DNA from: Lingula anatina
Lineage: Eukaryota > Animalia > Brachiopoda
DNA length: 64,000 nt
Assembly (NCBI GenBank): GCA_051362555.1
Contig: CM120640.1
Location: forward strand, 42,634,788-42,698,787
Direction: 5' to 3'
In this document: positions 35,601 through 50,425 of the stretch, in pieces
Layout of the letters: the number at the start of each line of letters is the position of its first letter
Position numbering within the stretch: position 1 is the stretch's first letter
Program-made: the position numbers and the translations under genes
The notes under the pieces: generated by a model
Told to the model about the DNA's origin: nothing
The model's database searches: none
Seen by the model: only the letters and a program-made list of their open reading frames with translations

Positions 35601-38600
35601 TCCAAACACCTGTCTCGTATCAATCGGTGTAAAGGCGACTGATTTTTCTCTGACCTTCTCTAATCTGAGCGAGGTGGAGGAGCAAAAGTTGCAGTTTGTT
35701 CTACACTCAAGTATAAAGCTTTGCTAGGGAATTTTTTTTTCTTTCATAGGAACTCTCCATTCATCACAAAACTTTTTTTTATTTCGCGTGAAGTTTTGTT
35801 TTTAAAACCCGAACTTAACCCTCTAATGTGTATCAAAACAAGTTAAACACAACATAAAACAATCTTGAGGTTTCTGTAAGCATACGAGAAACGACTTCCG
35901 GAAAGGAAAGGATGGTTTTTCCTATTTAGTCTGAATTCGACATTCCTACCCTCCGCAATTTCACGTAATGTGATCTGAGGTGGAAAGTTTTAAGTGTTGT
36001 CTCAATAAACTTGATGCTGTGACAAGAAAGACGGTCATTAATGTAGAAAGTTGACTATCTGGTGTTTTCACTATGTTTTAACTTGCTCAAAGCCTCCAGG
36101 CCCATGTTTAAGCAGAAGGCATCAGTTTCCATGCTTTTGCAGCAGTTCCTGTAAAAAAAAACGCTCCACATGACATTCCTACACTAATACACGACTCCGA
36201 CTGTCTCACTTCTGTATTACCCGAAGCTCAAACTTAACACTTGTTGAATGATTTTTCTTTCCTTATTCAGGGCCAGGTATGGTTGGAATTCAGGGAGTCC
36301 CGGGGTATTGCCACCCAAAATGTACCCCAGACTTTTGTCGAGATAACCCGAAGGCAATATGTGCTGCTTTGTAAGTATTCATCAGTTTTCAGATTTTGAC
36401 GACATTTTGGAAGTATGTGAAACATTTTTTTCTTCCTGCTAATATCACCCTTAGTCGTCATATTAATAAGTGCTGGCTTTTGGTGAACCTGCCCGTGTAC
36501 CATGCGTTGACAGGTGGGATACATGGTCGGAAATTAAAGCTGAGAGAGAAAACACATATGCCTAAATCATTGTGCAAATAAAGATCTGGGTTAAGCTTGA
36601 CCCTCATTAGTTAGCGTGAAAAAATATTTTAAAAAGAGGAGAGGAAAACGAGAGTTCTATAAATTTCGGTGATTCAGGCAAGAAACTTAGAGCTCGTTGT
36701 GATGTTGCTGAAGTCCATAAAAGAACATATAGTAAATAGTTTGCCGGAGAATGCAGCGGTGTTCTTAAGATCCCACACACAGGCGATGATTCGGATTCTC
36801 AAATATGACAATTTATCATGACCAACTGGTTTCTAAGGCAAAATCGTCTAAGAAAAGACACGGAACAGTAAACTTTGCCAAATTCCCTCCAAGATAATAT
36901 ATTGAGGTAGTTGCTTTGTAAAGCATCCGTTTACTATGCCCATTTATTATTTTGAAGACTAGTTCGTGAACTATTGGAGCTCTTCTCAGCTCGGCCCATA
37001 AAGCAACAGAATAAGGTAGAGAAAAATAGTATGATATCTTTCTATCTTGTAAAAGGATTGATAACGCACTGAGGGGGGTGATCGGTACGTAAGATGTAAA
37101 CATTCTTCCAACAAATAAATCACACGACCTGATACTCTATGAATCAGAGTTATTCAGAAAAACTATGTACTGAGATATGAACAGCCTGCGCTGGTACCCT
37201 GGTATCGGAGATCGAGTCGTAAGCAAACGACATGCACCAAAGGTGCGCAAACCTATTCAAATCTGCTGAAAATCGGGGTGATCATATGTAATCGCTAGAT
37301 GAAAGAACTGGAGGAGCAATACAGTTACAGATTATCTGGGTGGATCAGGTAGACGTGCAAAAAGTCACTACATTTTAAAGAGGAAGTTCAAAGTTGGTAC
37401 CCAACACTTAAAATCGATGTCACGCTTTTTTATTGACAAAATTGAATTTATCAGAGCACACTCGTGAAATTAGTTTAAATTTCTTCCAGTAAAATTCACT
37501 TTCTGTTTAAATTTACTCCGAATACCAGCGTAACTGTTGGCCGTCCCACGCCCCTTTTTACCAAAACAGATCTCTGACATGTGGTTTCTTTCTCTGGCCG
37601 GTAGGCAAGAAGGTGTGTTGTAAGTTGTCCTTAAATCAAACAGGTCTGGAACACACAACAAACTTTTTTATCAAATCTAACGAAATATTATCATTTACAA
37701 AAAGCTGGTCACTTCGCATTCCCCTTTTAATTCCAATAAATTAACACCCGGGCGTGTCATTTTATTTCCTGAACTGTAGTTTAAGTCTATCAGTGCAAGA
37801 AGTACTGAGTAAATAAAAGAACATGCACTCTAGCAATATCTGTTTCGACCCAGTTGGAAAAATGACTTAGTAACCTCTTCTTGTGTACAGAACACACACG
37901 AAGTCGATGTATTTATTTTCTTTCGATTGCTGTATTTTTCTAAAACTTTTTATTTCTGTAACACTAAAGGTCCATAATCGATATTTTATAGGGTGGAATT
38001 CAGTTTATAACATTACAGTCTGTAAAGTAATTGGTAGGTGTACGTGCAAAATAAACACGGTTTAAATTTACCGTTGTGAAACATGATAGCCTATGTCAGG
38101 CATGGGCCCCCCTTCGATTCTAGACCTTTCCACACCAGCTCCAAATCATAACTATATTAATGCGAACAGTCAACACAAGGAGGGGAAGAAATTTTGACAC
38201 TTTCCTGAATAAATAAACAAAAACTCATAAAGTAACAAAATCATTAATTCCGCACTTGGCGGGTCATCTCGGTCATACGTGTCCACTGAATCGCTATTAT
38301 ATACCGCGTCATGAAATTTTGTGGCCAAACATTTTTCTGTCCTTCCATATTACTGCTGTTGAACTCTCTTAAATGTACTTTGTAGTCAAGGAAAACAAGT
38401 CTTGTTCGAAGGCAGGATTTTTTTGCGTAAATCACAACTTTGATTACATATCTGTTTTCATTTGGCTTTTCGACTTCGGCCATTCCCACAGTGGGTTCTC
38501 ATTAATGCAACAATTAATTTCCACCATCTAATTCAACCAGGGTAGCGGTGGGTGCTGTGGCTTGCTGCAATTTGTAAAAGGAAACAAAAGTAAAGGAATC

Positions 38601-41267
38601 TTTTTGAAAATTTATGTTTTCCTACAAGTAGTACCTGCGCGAAGACAGAAGCCCTTTCGCGGGAGCCTGGGTGCCCTAAGGCATACTCCAAACAAGTGAC
38701 TCATAATACTCCCCAAGGGCTTCATAGAAACGTGTCCCAGTGCCACCCCAAGCCGAGAATTTCAATTGTCATTACACCTGAAGCACGTGTAACGTATTAT
38801 CGACACCCTGACACAGAGATCATATAGTACGTCACTATCCCTGTGCAAAACAGGAGAGCACGTCAGTAGTTTCCCAACTGTATGTGTGCGAAATCCTTAT
38901 ACAAGTGCGTGCGGGTAGCTATCAGGTGGTATCTTTCCAAGGCCCCTCCTCGGCCGTAGGGGAAAGAGCTCGCCCCTCTCATTATCCCCGTTTTAACTCT
39001 CTAACAATCACATCGCACCGAAAGGGGCTGCACACACGGTAGCTCGTTAGACGTAGAAAAGGTTTCATGTTCTCTCGACACGATTTGAAGCTTACTTATA
39101 CCTAAATAAGAAACGGGTTTTTTGTTGTTCAGGGGCGCCCCGCCCCGCCTCGAGACAACACCCTGGTCGTTAAATATTGGAATCCTTGTTTCGACCCTAA
39201 CCGTGAACTTTTATGAACTAAGTTTGTTCCCCCATTTTTATCTACGTCATTTCTGCATTTGTATATCATCAGTACTTCAAACACGCCAGAGAGGTCTGTA
39301 TCGTTACTGTTGCCAGGTAGAAGAAACTTTCCGGAGATCATTATTTTGGTATAAAGGATGATTACATATTAATCGACATGCATATAATTCCACACATTCC
39401 TTACTTACATTTAAAACATGTCGGACCAGTGCTTAGGCAATCACTATCAATATTTCTACAAACTTCCACTCAGTATATAAAAATAACAATTGAAAATAGA
39501 AGAAAATACCGTCGACTTCCCATGCTGGTCACAAAAATAACATCTCTTTAGTTTGGCTCGCTATTTTAGATTTCCGGAAGAATGTAGTGTACCTCAGTGG
39601 GTTTGTAGTTACAAATTGCACAACTAATGTAAACACAGACCAAATGCAATTTTGAAGTCGCGACACCGGATACCCATTTAATAGCTAATTAATATTTGGC
39701 CAATTAAGAATCTTGATAAATCCGACATTTGCTCCTCCCTGAGCGCCCGCCTACCCCAGAGAGGAATAACAATTAGCGCTGTTTGAGCCATACCGTAACT
39801 TGTGCATTTATTAGCCGAGACGTGACTGAACGGTTCTAAAATTATCCCCAGCTCCCTAAAACAATACTATATCTCATTGCCTTCTGACAGCAGGCTATTT
39901 TTACTCAGATTTTTTATCTTAGCTGGTTCTCTTTCCTTGAAATAGAGAGCACTTGATGACTTATTTGATGGAATAATGTAATTACCACGTTGTGGTGCTA
40001 CAGCTATTAGATATTGACTCGCTTTTAACTATGTAGTCATCGGTTATTTTACTATGGTAAGTGGGAATCCTAATCCATCATGTGTATTGTTGTGTCCCTT
40101 AATGCATTGCTTTGTCACTTTAAATTCCCCTAAAGAAACGCGTAAAAGAAATCGGAAACTTTCCCGGGGTATTCCAGTGGCTCAAAATCCGAAAGAAAAG
40201 CCAAGAGATGTGGAGAAATGTCCATATCGAATCGAAAACAAGGCATTTTCTTCTCATTCCATCTTATTGATAATGGACATAGACTACCTAGGTAGCTGAA
40301 CGGACTTTCATCTTAACCGCTTAATGTGTGCACGCAGGTACTCGAGATTCCAACGTGCAATCTCCAAGTCAAACGGCAAAATTGAAGCCGGTGTTTATTT
40401 TTCAGTTTGCCTCAAGTAGGTTGTTCACTTAAGCCAGAAACAGGCCTCCTTACACTTCAATCCCCGGAGATTATCGTAGTTTACGTTAGGGCCATTTCGG
40501 CAAATTAGCTCTATTTATTTTTTTCGTAATTGTGCTTAGAACACTCAAGTTAAAGATCCGAAAATTTGCGGTGCTGTGTCCGTGAGAACGGCGAACAAAC
40601 TGATCGCTAATCACCTGCAACTACAAGAAGTAAACGATGCCGTAAGTGCTCAATCATTTAAGAGTTACCCTTTTCACCGCAGTTCCTTTGACGTAGGTCT
40701 TTAAATTTTGTCTTTTGTATGGACTTAATTTTCACTTAAGCATTAATTTTGTTGTACACTTACCAAAAACTGATCACCGAACAAGATTTACCAAAATCGT
40801 CACGTTCTTAAGAACAGGATTGATATTTGCAAAAGAAGATGCGGCGGCAACAAAATTATAGGTTGAAATAAAGAATAAGGATGTTTTCCCATTAATAGGG
40901 TGTAGTCGTGTCCGTGCAGATCACTTTGAGTCGCCAGTGAAGGTTATAATAGTGCGGTGCACGCAACCCGGCTCCCCTCGGAGGCAGCGTGCGGCATATT
41001 TGCAAGGGGTGTGGTAACACGATCACACCAACCTGTGTCGGGCAGTGGTATTGTCACAGGCGATAAACCTGTCGTTAAGACAGCTGGAAAGCCCATAGAA
41101 GACAAAAACCTCAACAGACCAGAAAGGTGTAGTGTATTGTACGTTAAATATTGTCTAATATTAACGTGCAATTTCCGTTTCTAACATGTCATATTTTTAT
41201 GAAGCACCTACTATTAACAGCTTGTTTACCTCATCATTATGTTTGGGTGTGGTGTGCACGAGTGTCA

Positions 41268-41303
<36 letters not shown>

Positions 41304-44300
41304 ATACTCATCTTTGGCCCTCGCGATTAAAGACTTCAGCCCTGGCCTCGGGCAACGTAGCCGCAACAGAGCACTACATACATTTCAAGATGTTTTTTTT
41401 TTTCGTTTACGAGACGTAAAAGCAATTCTTGCTAGAAGAATATTTCCTTTTAGCAATAGGACAATCCAAAGCAGTATCGACTTTGCTGCCTCAAAAAGAC
41501 AATCGTGACACAACGAAACTTCCTCATCTGACTATGAACATTTTAAAACTATAATCAGTAATGCTAACCTGAAAATTATGGGAATACATCAAAGTAGATA
41601 AATTACAGGGGCTATAAAGATATATGTGATATGGAATGGGCTATTTTTCAAATATTACAGAAATCTTTGGTATACGAAAGGTATTTTTAACCAATCTATC
41701 ATCCTGCTTCTTTTGAAATTTCAAAATCATCTCATTTTTACAATGAAAAAGGATTAGTTTAATATCCAAAGAATGCGTTTGTGTTTAAAGTAGGTGGCAC
41801 TGGAATTCAAACAATTTCTTCTGCATTATTCTTACTTAGGGGATCTTTTGACCGATATCAGACATATCATCATAAAGCAAGGAAGAAAAAGCAAAATTTA
41901 GTCCAGGGTCTTATTTCACCAGCGACTTCGCTATAAAAATGCGTCTCTTTTGTTAAATATAATAGCGAATTTAGCGTTATAATTAAAGAAAAAGGCAGCG
42001 TTCAGTCTCCATCTACATACTTCGCACGATTTATTGAACCACAAAACAAATGTCGAATTGCACGTACATATGAGAAGGTGTTACTAGTCGCCTTCACAGA
42101 TATCGGCAGGTGGATGGTGGCGGGGATTGGCAATGAAAGACAAGGCGGTATTCTCATCATCTTCCTTATTTATGATGGTTTTTCCAGGCAGCTGATGAAC
42201 GCTTCTTGCCAGAAGTTTCATCATATCGCGTAATGCACGCGAAGAATTATATGGCCAGCCATTCGTCTGCCATAGGGGCAAGCTAGGTCCCCATCTCTGT
42301 TGGTGACTACTGACATATCTGCCCTTAAAATTAGGGTCTTTTCTTTCCGCTAATTTTGGCAGGTGGTCTCCGTTTAGTTGCCGGGCAATGAAGATGCTCC
42401 ACCTCTTGTTTTACTCTGGGTATTTAGGCAATAATTTTACCAGATGGGCCACCTTGTGTGGAGGCTGTTGTAACAATTACTTTCATGTGTATATGTGGAG
42501 GAATGCAGTGTAGCAGAACTGGAAAAGAAAGATCTACTAGCAGGTGGAACAAACCTGCAACGAGTTAGATATAGTATGGGTTCCGCCTTCCACGTTTAAT
42601 GTACACACGCTTCCGGATAGAAAACAACATACACACACTTCCAGTTAGACAACATGACTTCACACACCTATGAACATCCTTTTGGTACACGGTGTCTTGC
42701 CAAAAGACACAGTCTGATTTCGGGTAACAGGATGGCGACACCACTGGCACTTGTTCACCACCCAGAGAGAAACAGGTCTCTAGCTTGTCAAAAACTTGCC
42801 AATTTAAGAAGCCATTCATCCATGAAGGTTTATGGTCCTTAGTTCAATGTTTTTATTATAATTTTGAGCAATTTTGCTGTAATTTATTGTAAGCCCATGC
42901 GGTCTGAGGTTGTGTTGCCTAACAGCTGATAGAAGGGTGGTTACAGGAAGCTGTGTCTCTTGCCTCCTGAGAAAAAAATACCCACTAATTCTGGAATGCC
43001 TCTTGCGTTCAGATGCGCTTAATTCATTTAAAAAGTGGAAAAACTGCAGTTGCATATTCAGGTACCAATAATCTAAGGTTGAGAAAATATTTAGATAATA
43101 AAGCTGCTCCATGATGGAAAGATTCCATGTTAACAGCTTACTTCAACCCAACAACTTTTGAAAAAACAAAGACAGCCACATCCCCTCCCTTTACCTGACC
43201 ACATTAATTCATTATTGCTCCCTTTCATGACAGAAACAATATGTTTAACAACATCAAAAAATTCACTCCAATTAAGGCACGTCTGGCGATATGTTCTTGC
43301 TCTCAGAGTGCTGGAGAGGGCAGAAGGTGACACCTCAGGCTTCTGCCCACCAGAGAGGTGTGACATGGTTATGGCCATTTCTTAAAGGTCAACTTTCTAC
43401 AAGATAAGACAGATAAATCCTTTCTGTTTTTTCAACTTGACCTGGGCTTTTCTTCATGGTTGATGAAAAGATAGCATTTTATGGCACTTATTCCTGCTTT
43501 TAAAAGCTTAGCTTTAAAAGAATGTGTAAACATCCTCTAAATTTCAATTATTTGATAATTTTGGATAGAAGCATGTGGATAATTTTATCCTTCTTTGTTG
43601 GGAAGCTGCATCATGTTTATGCAACACAAAAATTCAAGGGTGCAAAAGAAAAAAAAGAAGAAAAAAATAAAACCTAAGAAACTGCTGCTGTCTTGAATTT
43701 GCACAAATTAGTGGGAGTTTATGTTACTCCATCACATTATTGAATCCAGTGCAAGGCTTGATGACTTAACCTGACTTTTTGTTGATTCTGCTCCAAGAGG
43801 AGATGGGGTTTGATTTGGATGTTGTTATTTGTTGGTACACCAAGATAAGATGGCTGTCATGTTATTCTGGGCCATGTAACTCACTGTTTGCAAATGCGAA
43901 ATCCTTTCTTATTAGTCAAAATGCAAATTGTTCGGCACAGACAGTTAAGTGATGAGTAGCAAAATCGTATCAAACAGACTCTCAGTAAGACAGTAATGAG
44001 ACAACTCAACTTAATCAATATCACCCCTTTTTATCAATGTAAGGTAGCCTAGAGGTATACTCCATACTACCTGTGCTTAACTTGGCATTACTCTACAAAA
44101 ATAGTTACTGTAGGGTTTATGTGTTTTCTTAAGTAAATGCTTGGCTACTGTAAGAACACGTGAGTTTGATAAATTCACAAGAGCCAGCTGAAGACCTTTA
44201 AATTCTAAATGATTTTGTGGTGGGATTGTAACAACTTCCAGACTGTATGGCAATAATAGACGGACATTTATTATATGTGCATTATTACACAGCCTGTGCC

Positions 44301-47300
44301 ACTCTGCACAATGAAAAAAAATAGTTCAAATGAAGTAACCAATTCAACATATTTTACAAGATCAATTGAAAGCCGCATTCATTTTTTCAAGCTTTGGTTT
44401 ATCAATTAAAATTCTTGATGCAGTGAAATATGTTCTAAGCACTATTTACATGTATTTGGAGTGTAAAGCCTGAACTAATATAAGCATTCAAATTCTATAA
44501 TTCACATTTAAGGAGGAAACTTTTCACTTGTAACTATTAAACCAGGTGCCCTTATCCATTTCATACATATCTCCAAGAAAGTTTTTTTTTCTGTTTCCTT
44601 GCCTATTCTTTGCTATTGTTATGGTTTCATTATTCAACTCAAACATGTAATCATTTTACTTCTTGCAGTGATGTAGCAGAAGTTAAGCAAAGTTGCCAAG
44701 GTGAATGTCAGCATACATCCTGTATGGCCTGCAGATTTGTCAACGACGAGCCAGACTGCGGAAAGTGTGCCAAAGATGACTTTGGCTGCATCAAAAAGTT
44801 TGCAAAATGCTACAAGAGGCATACATGTACAAGAAACAAGTTTCCTTGTAAAAAGAAGGTCAGTAACTAATGCCAGCTTATTTTCTACCAACAAGGCAAC
44901 CAAATTCCTGATAAGATAATAAAAACAACCCGTTCAACATTATCAGGAAATCTTAAATGGCTGTGATGAAAATCCATTTCCATATGAACCAACATTCAAA
45001 AGGTTCCAAAAAGTCACATTAAGTTCCTGAAATGTGAATCCCATGAGAATCTGCAGAGAAAATCCAGTGATCATAAAGAAATCCCATCTCAGGTTGCCCC
45101 TGGCAAATTGCTGTCATGTCAGCGGGGGCAATGGTGTGGGAGGGCATCAAAGTTAAAGTACAAACACACAACTGTCTTGCAGCATAGTAAACTTCATCGG
45201 AGCTCCCAACATGAAAGTGTTTATGTAATTCCCAGCCAGCAAGAACATGACAATAAAATAGATAAGGATGGAATAGTTCTTCTGGAAACTCTACTACCAC
45301 TACTACCAGTGTACTTTAAAAACCACACATTGCTAGGGGGCGGTGATTTTTCATTGGTACTATGTATCAGTCATTTTCCAATATTGTTGTATCTTTTCAC
45401 ATCTAAATCTTAAAATGTGACAAGTCACCTCAAAAAACATTTACAACTTCTTGAAAAGAAAAATCCCTGCCATACTTTGTCAAGTGACATGTGATTCGAG
45501 TCCCTCGTTGCACTGGTGGAAATAATCAAAGGCAAGGTATAATCTATCTCCTGCCAATTTTTTCACCGAAACAGAAGCATAAAACCACTTCAAGAAAGCA
45601 AACAAGTGCTATGTGCATACCATTATGGCTTTTCCAGCAGGTCTTACAATTAAGAAGACTCCTCCTTTTTTGGAATCAGGGCAAAAAAAGAAAAGCAATG
45701 AACTTTGTGTTAGCTAGTGAATAGTCTTTACAGATGAAATCTGGTTTTTTATTCCCCCCCCCCCCTTCTTAATCTTAGGCAATTGCTTTCTTATTCCTTA
45801 TCATATCCCCATTAAGTCAAACAAAAAATCTCACTGCCAGCCTTGCTTGCATTTCTCAGCAAAAAACACATCTCAACTAGATCTTGAATATTGCTTTAAG
45901 ATAATTCCCCAAAACAATAGTTCAAAACTATGAGAAACATTTTTGAGGTCAATGTTTTCAAAATCACACAGATTACTTACTCAAAATTTGCTTGAATTAC
46001 CAAGAAGCAGGGCCTGGAGGAAATAAAGCCCCCATTAACACATACTTGCTGGAAGAACTCTGAACTTAAAAAAGGAGTATATATATATATATATCATATG
46101 CAAAATTTAATTCATTAGAGAAAACTTTGTTGTATTTCTTGTAATCATAACTGTTTGCTGTTCTCTGTTATATTTAGACCATAGATGCATTCTGTTCTAT
46201 TCACAACTGTATTTAAATTCTCCTGGATCAAAGAACAAAAGAAGGGCCACAATACCACATATCACTTATTGCCTTTTCAGTGTTTAATGCCAGATCAATG
46301 TGTAACATATACTCACCTGTATCCAGATGGTCCCTACTCCCCCAATATCAGGATTTTGCATTTATTTTTTCTGATAAATTGACAACCATAAAAGGAGCAT
46401 CCCAAATCCAGTTATCAAAAACTTTCATAAAGGCACATCAGGCCACTTTTTGAACACTTCACAGACTGACAGACACTCTTTTTTATCAAGGAACCCACTT
46501 GACAGAACACGGTTCGTTTTACAGCAAAACAAACATGCCGTTTGTCCAGAAAATGGAAGAAAAAACTTCATTTCTTCCATTTACTCTTTTGTTTCTTGAT
46601 ACAAAAAAATATCACGACCCTCCCAAATACTCTGTTCAGTTAATTGCTGCCCAAGATTTTGTTTAAACATGCATTTTTTCCCTTGAATTGAAGAGTGTGC
46701 TTGAAATGAACTACACAGCCATAAAATAGAAATATCTTTTCCAAAAGACAGATGTTGATAAACACTCCTCCTTGCCTAAAGACTTCTGTTCAGCTTATTC
46801 AAAGAATTATCTTATGGCAATAAGTCATAATAAAAAATATTTTATTGGAAAAAAATTATGTTTAATGATGGTAAGCATATAGAAAATTTCCATTTAGGGG
46901 TTTACATGTATAATAAATATTATTATGAAGCCTTTTTACTGCCAGTATGTTTCACTTTTAATACTTGAACTTTTAATTATCTGCAATTTTTAGTAGAAAA
47001 TTCCTGGTTGGCAGTTGATTATGGCTTCTATTATTACTACTTTGAAGAAAATGATGAGTTAGGACATAATATTTCCCACTAACTACATTTTCAACATTTA
47101 CAGTAACAAAAATTATTCTTTCTCTATACAGGTTAAGTTCAAATGCAAAGTTTATTTTTGAGTCAAAATCTCCAAAAATACCATCCATGCTGAAGAAACC
47201 CAAACAGGGGAAAAATTTTCCAGTAAAAGCTGGAGGCAGTTTCCATTCAGCTCCAGAACAGAGCAGGTGCCTGCTATTTAGTAGAGTCATGACGAATCTG

Positions 47301-50300
47301 TTACAAATCATTAAGGCCAATTTGAGTTGTGTGTTAAATACAGGATCAAAGCCACACAAGTGAATGTGATCCCAACGAAAGGTAGTGCTCCCTGTTGCAT
47401 CGGCACGTTAATGCAACAATCCCCTTTTTTCCTCAACTTGGCCCAGTCATGTTAAGTTTGCAGCTATTAGTATAACACACTGAACACAAAGAGCCATAGG
47501 CAAATTCTGTAGTGGAAGTCAATGCAGAGAGCACTCCTTGTATCAGCTTGGTCTCCAGAGAAGTTTTTTACCCACCACTCGGATTAGCTAGAGACTGACA
47601 CAGCAGTCGTCCTGTTTACTCGTGAAACAAATTTCTGTGTCACAAATGGAATGTTTTTCTAGGGGATAAATCATACATCAACAAATGGACCAATTAAATG
47701 TCAAGGTTGATCAGTCAAATTAAAGTTAATGGCTAATCTTGTAGGGGCATAATTTGAGGAGTTTTTTTCAAGGCATCCCATGTCTTACTAAAAAAATTGA
47801 CTATGGCATTTTGATCTTTGAAATACAACATGAAAAATGTTAAATAATGAGGAGGGTGAAACTAAACAAGTGTTGATTGCTGGGGAGATCTTTGATGTTG
47901 CTGTGCTTCACTGAAAAAACAGTGATTTAATGAAAAAAAAGGTGAAGCAGGTGTCCCAGAAATATAAAATATTAATAAAACGTTGAAAGATAGCGCCGTT
48001 GGATTCAGACGGGGAGTGTAGAAAGGGAGGCTAAAAAAGAAAAAAATAGAAATAGCACTTTATGTTGGTTAGACCTCTATGCCAGGGTTTTCACCTTTAA
48101 TATAAGTCTGAGGCTGTATATCTATGTTAAGTAGCACTCAGATATATAACATGCTATGTACATATAGAGAAATACCATACCACATTAAGACACATTTTAA
48201 CCAGGCATGATTCTTAATGCAGGCATTACATTCTCCTTAAGTGTGTGGAAATATGATAGTAACATAACAAAAGTTTGATAAGTCTCTCAGGCGCTGTTGT
48301 ACAAAAGTACAAACTATGGACGAAAAAGGATTTTAAAAAGCAGTTTAGTGAGGTGGATTAATAATGCCGAGGTAATGGTAATCACATTCCACCAGTCATA
48401 AAGGTCAGCTACCAAAGCACCAGACAGCTTGGACCAGCGACTGTTATTTTTGACCCCAGCTGAATTTTTGCTATGTGAGAAAAAAACAAGGCTCAAGTTG
48501 ATATCAAAACAAAGGCAATGTATACCTGGATGCTTGCTGTTCTCTGAGCACCTGATGCACAACAAGCATTGGTCTCCAATCATATTTTCTATGGAAGGGT
48601 TGTGGCAGGAGAGGGGGTGCAGTGGCTCCAAAAACATGCTACTAACCCTCTGCACAAAGTGATGCAAATGAATGGCCAATAACCAAGTCTCCTGTGGACT
48701 TTTATTGATAATGCTTTTATTTGTCTTATCCTCCAAATTATTGTTATGGCTTCATCTCAAAATTAGAATTTTGTTGTAGACTAAGTCCAGACTTGAATTT
48801 CTAAATGTAGAGTCAATAATGGCGTCATAGCACCAAGAATAGAAAGAACATTGGCAGTAAAAACCCCATACACTTACTGGCATGCATATGCCATCCATTG
48901 ACAAAATATGGCAGAAAAATTGATGAGAACACTAACCACTTGAAATAACAGCCTACGTTTGATTTATGGAAGAGAATGATTTGTAGAAATATTTCAAAAT
49001 CAACCAACTTGCATTTCAAGCTTTATTAAGCTTGTTTTTACTGACTTCATCTTAAGATGAGGAAAGTTTCTAATTTTCCCCCAATCTGGCATGTTTAAAT
49101 ATAGAATTCAATCAGGAAGCCCTAGTAGGCTATGTCCAAATGATATAAATTAAAGATCTGCTGCTAAAATATATAAAACATATGCAGTGTACAGAAGTCC
49201 CATTTTTTTCTTCATTTTCCCTGCACATCATCAAGTGTCTTTATATAAACATGCAATTGGCACGTTGACAAAGATCAAGCCCCTGACTTTCTTTGTACAG
49301 GTGTTCAAGATTTTATACAAGGTTATCCTGTCTCCATGATTGCTTGCCCCCACCCTCAGACCCAGGTGCTTGTGAAAATTTGTTGTACACAGGAGCAAGT
49401 GAATGGTGAAAGGCACTGTTAAATGAGACATAAAAGCATCTCAAGATGTCGTTTCTGCATCAGTAGACTGAGGGTAGAGACAAACAGGTGGAGAGGTTTC
49501 AGTGGCTAAAATGATCAAGCTGATGAAAGAAGAAAATTTTATGGGGATTTTACTGACAATTTAAGACATTGTGTAGATAGTGACAGACGATCATAGAGAG
49601 GAGGGGGACCGGAAGGAAGTGCCAATGTTTAAGTCTTTTATTGCCCTCAAAGATAGCAGGAATAATGAAAGATAAAAAACATCCTCTTAATGACGAACAA
49701 TTAAGCTGAAATTCTAGAAACAGTCACTCCTTTATTTTCTCCCATACTCAAAGACATACAAATCTCACAAAGGGTTTCTTTCTGCCAGAAAAGCTTTAAA
49801 ATAATGGTCACTGAAGATTTAGAAAAAAACTAAACATTTCATCAACAATGTAAATGATATCATAGTGAATATGTTGCATAATGAGATCCTAGCATTTTAT
49901 CAGATCAGCTAAATGGCGGGGTTTTAATGTTTTTATCACCTCTCCAGCAATTTGGTTGCCTGACATTCGGTGCTCATTCAAAGCACTTTCATGGAAGAAT
50001 AACTGTACAAAGGAGATACATATATATATGCACACCTTTTAATAATAAGCACAAGATCTCCCTGTCAATTATAACAAGGAAATAATTAACTTAAGTTCAA
50101 TATTGCTTTGTAAGGACATTTTGATATCTGTTGAAGATTTTAATCACTTTTGAAACATAAGAATTTAATGTTAAGAGTAAATAATTGACAGTTTGGCATA
50201 CTTTAGAATCAAATTGTTTTCGTGTTTGCTTTTTCTATCTTGTTTTGTTATTTTTTTATATTTTCAACATGTGTCTGTCATTGTTATTCCTGCTTCATTT

Positions 50301-50425
50301 GTTTTTCATTTACTTCTTTTTATTCCCAAGTTAGAGTTTGTTTATATCAATGGCAATATTTTTTATTCTTGCAGTTTAAAGAAAATGGAAAGTTTATGTG
50401 TGCAGTACCCGCATGTTTGGATTAA
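32658..50425 (+). CDS. Secreted IGFBP N-terminal (IB) domain protein with a Cys-rich C-terminal module, 269 aa; join(32658..33126,36271..36370,44669..44858,50375..50425)
   Basis: Hydrophobic signal-like N-terminus and a poly-Ser linker. A 12-Cys IB domain carries GVCDCCPICAKVEGEDCGG...GKCDNGLYC, a variant of GCGCCxxC. Intron phases 1, 2 and 0 join exactly (469+100+190+51=810 nt) to the stop at 50425. Candidate AATAAA at 53330. Confidence 0.9.
41271..41298. repeat. (AT)n microsatellite
   Basis: 14 AT units in intron 2 of the IGFBP-domain gene. Confidence 0.9.

Noticed and set aside
36903-36960. let-7-like sequence TGAGGTAGTTGCTTTGTAAAG
   Set aside because: Only the 5' 9 nt match, and the flanks do not provide a well-paired star arm.
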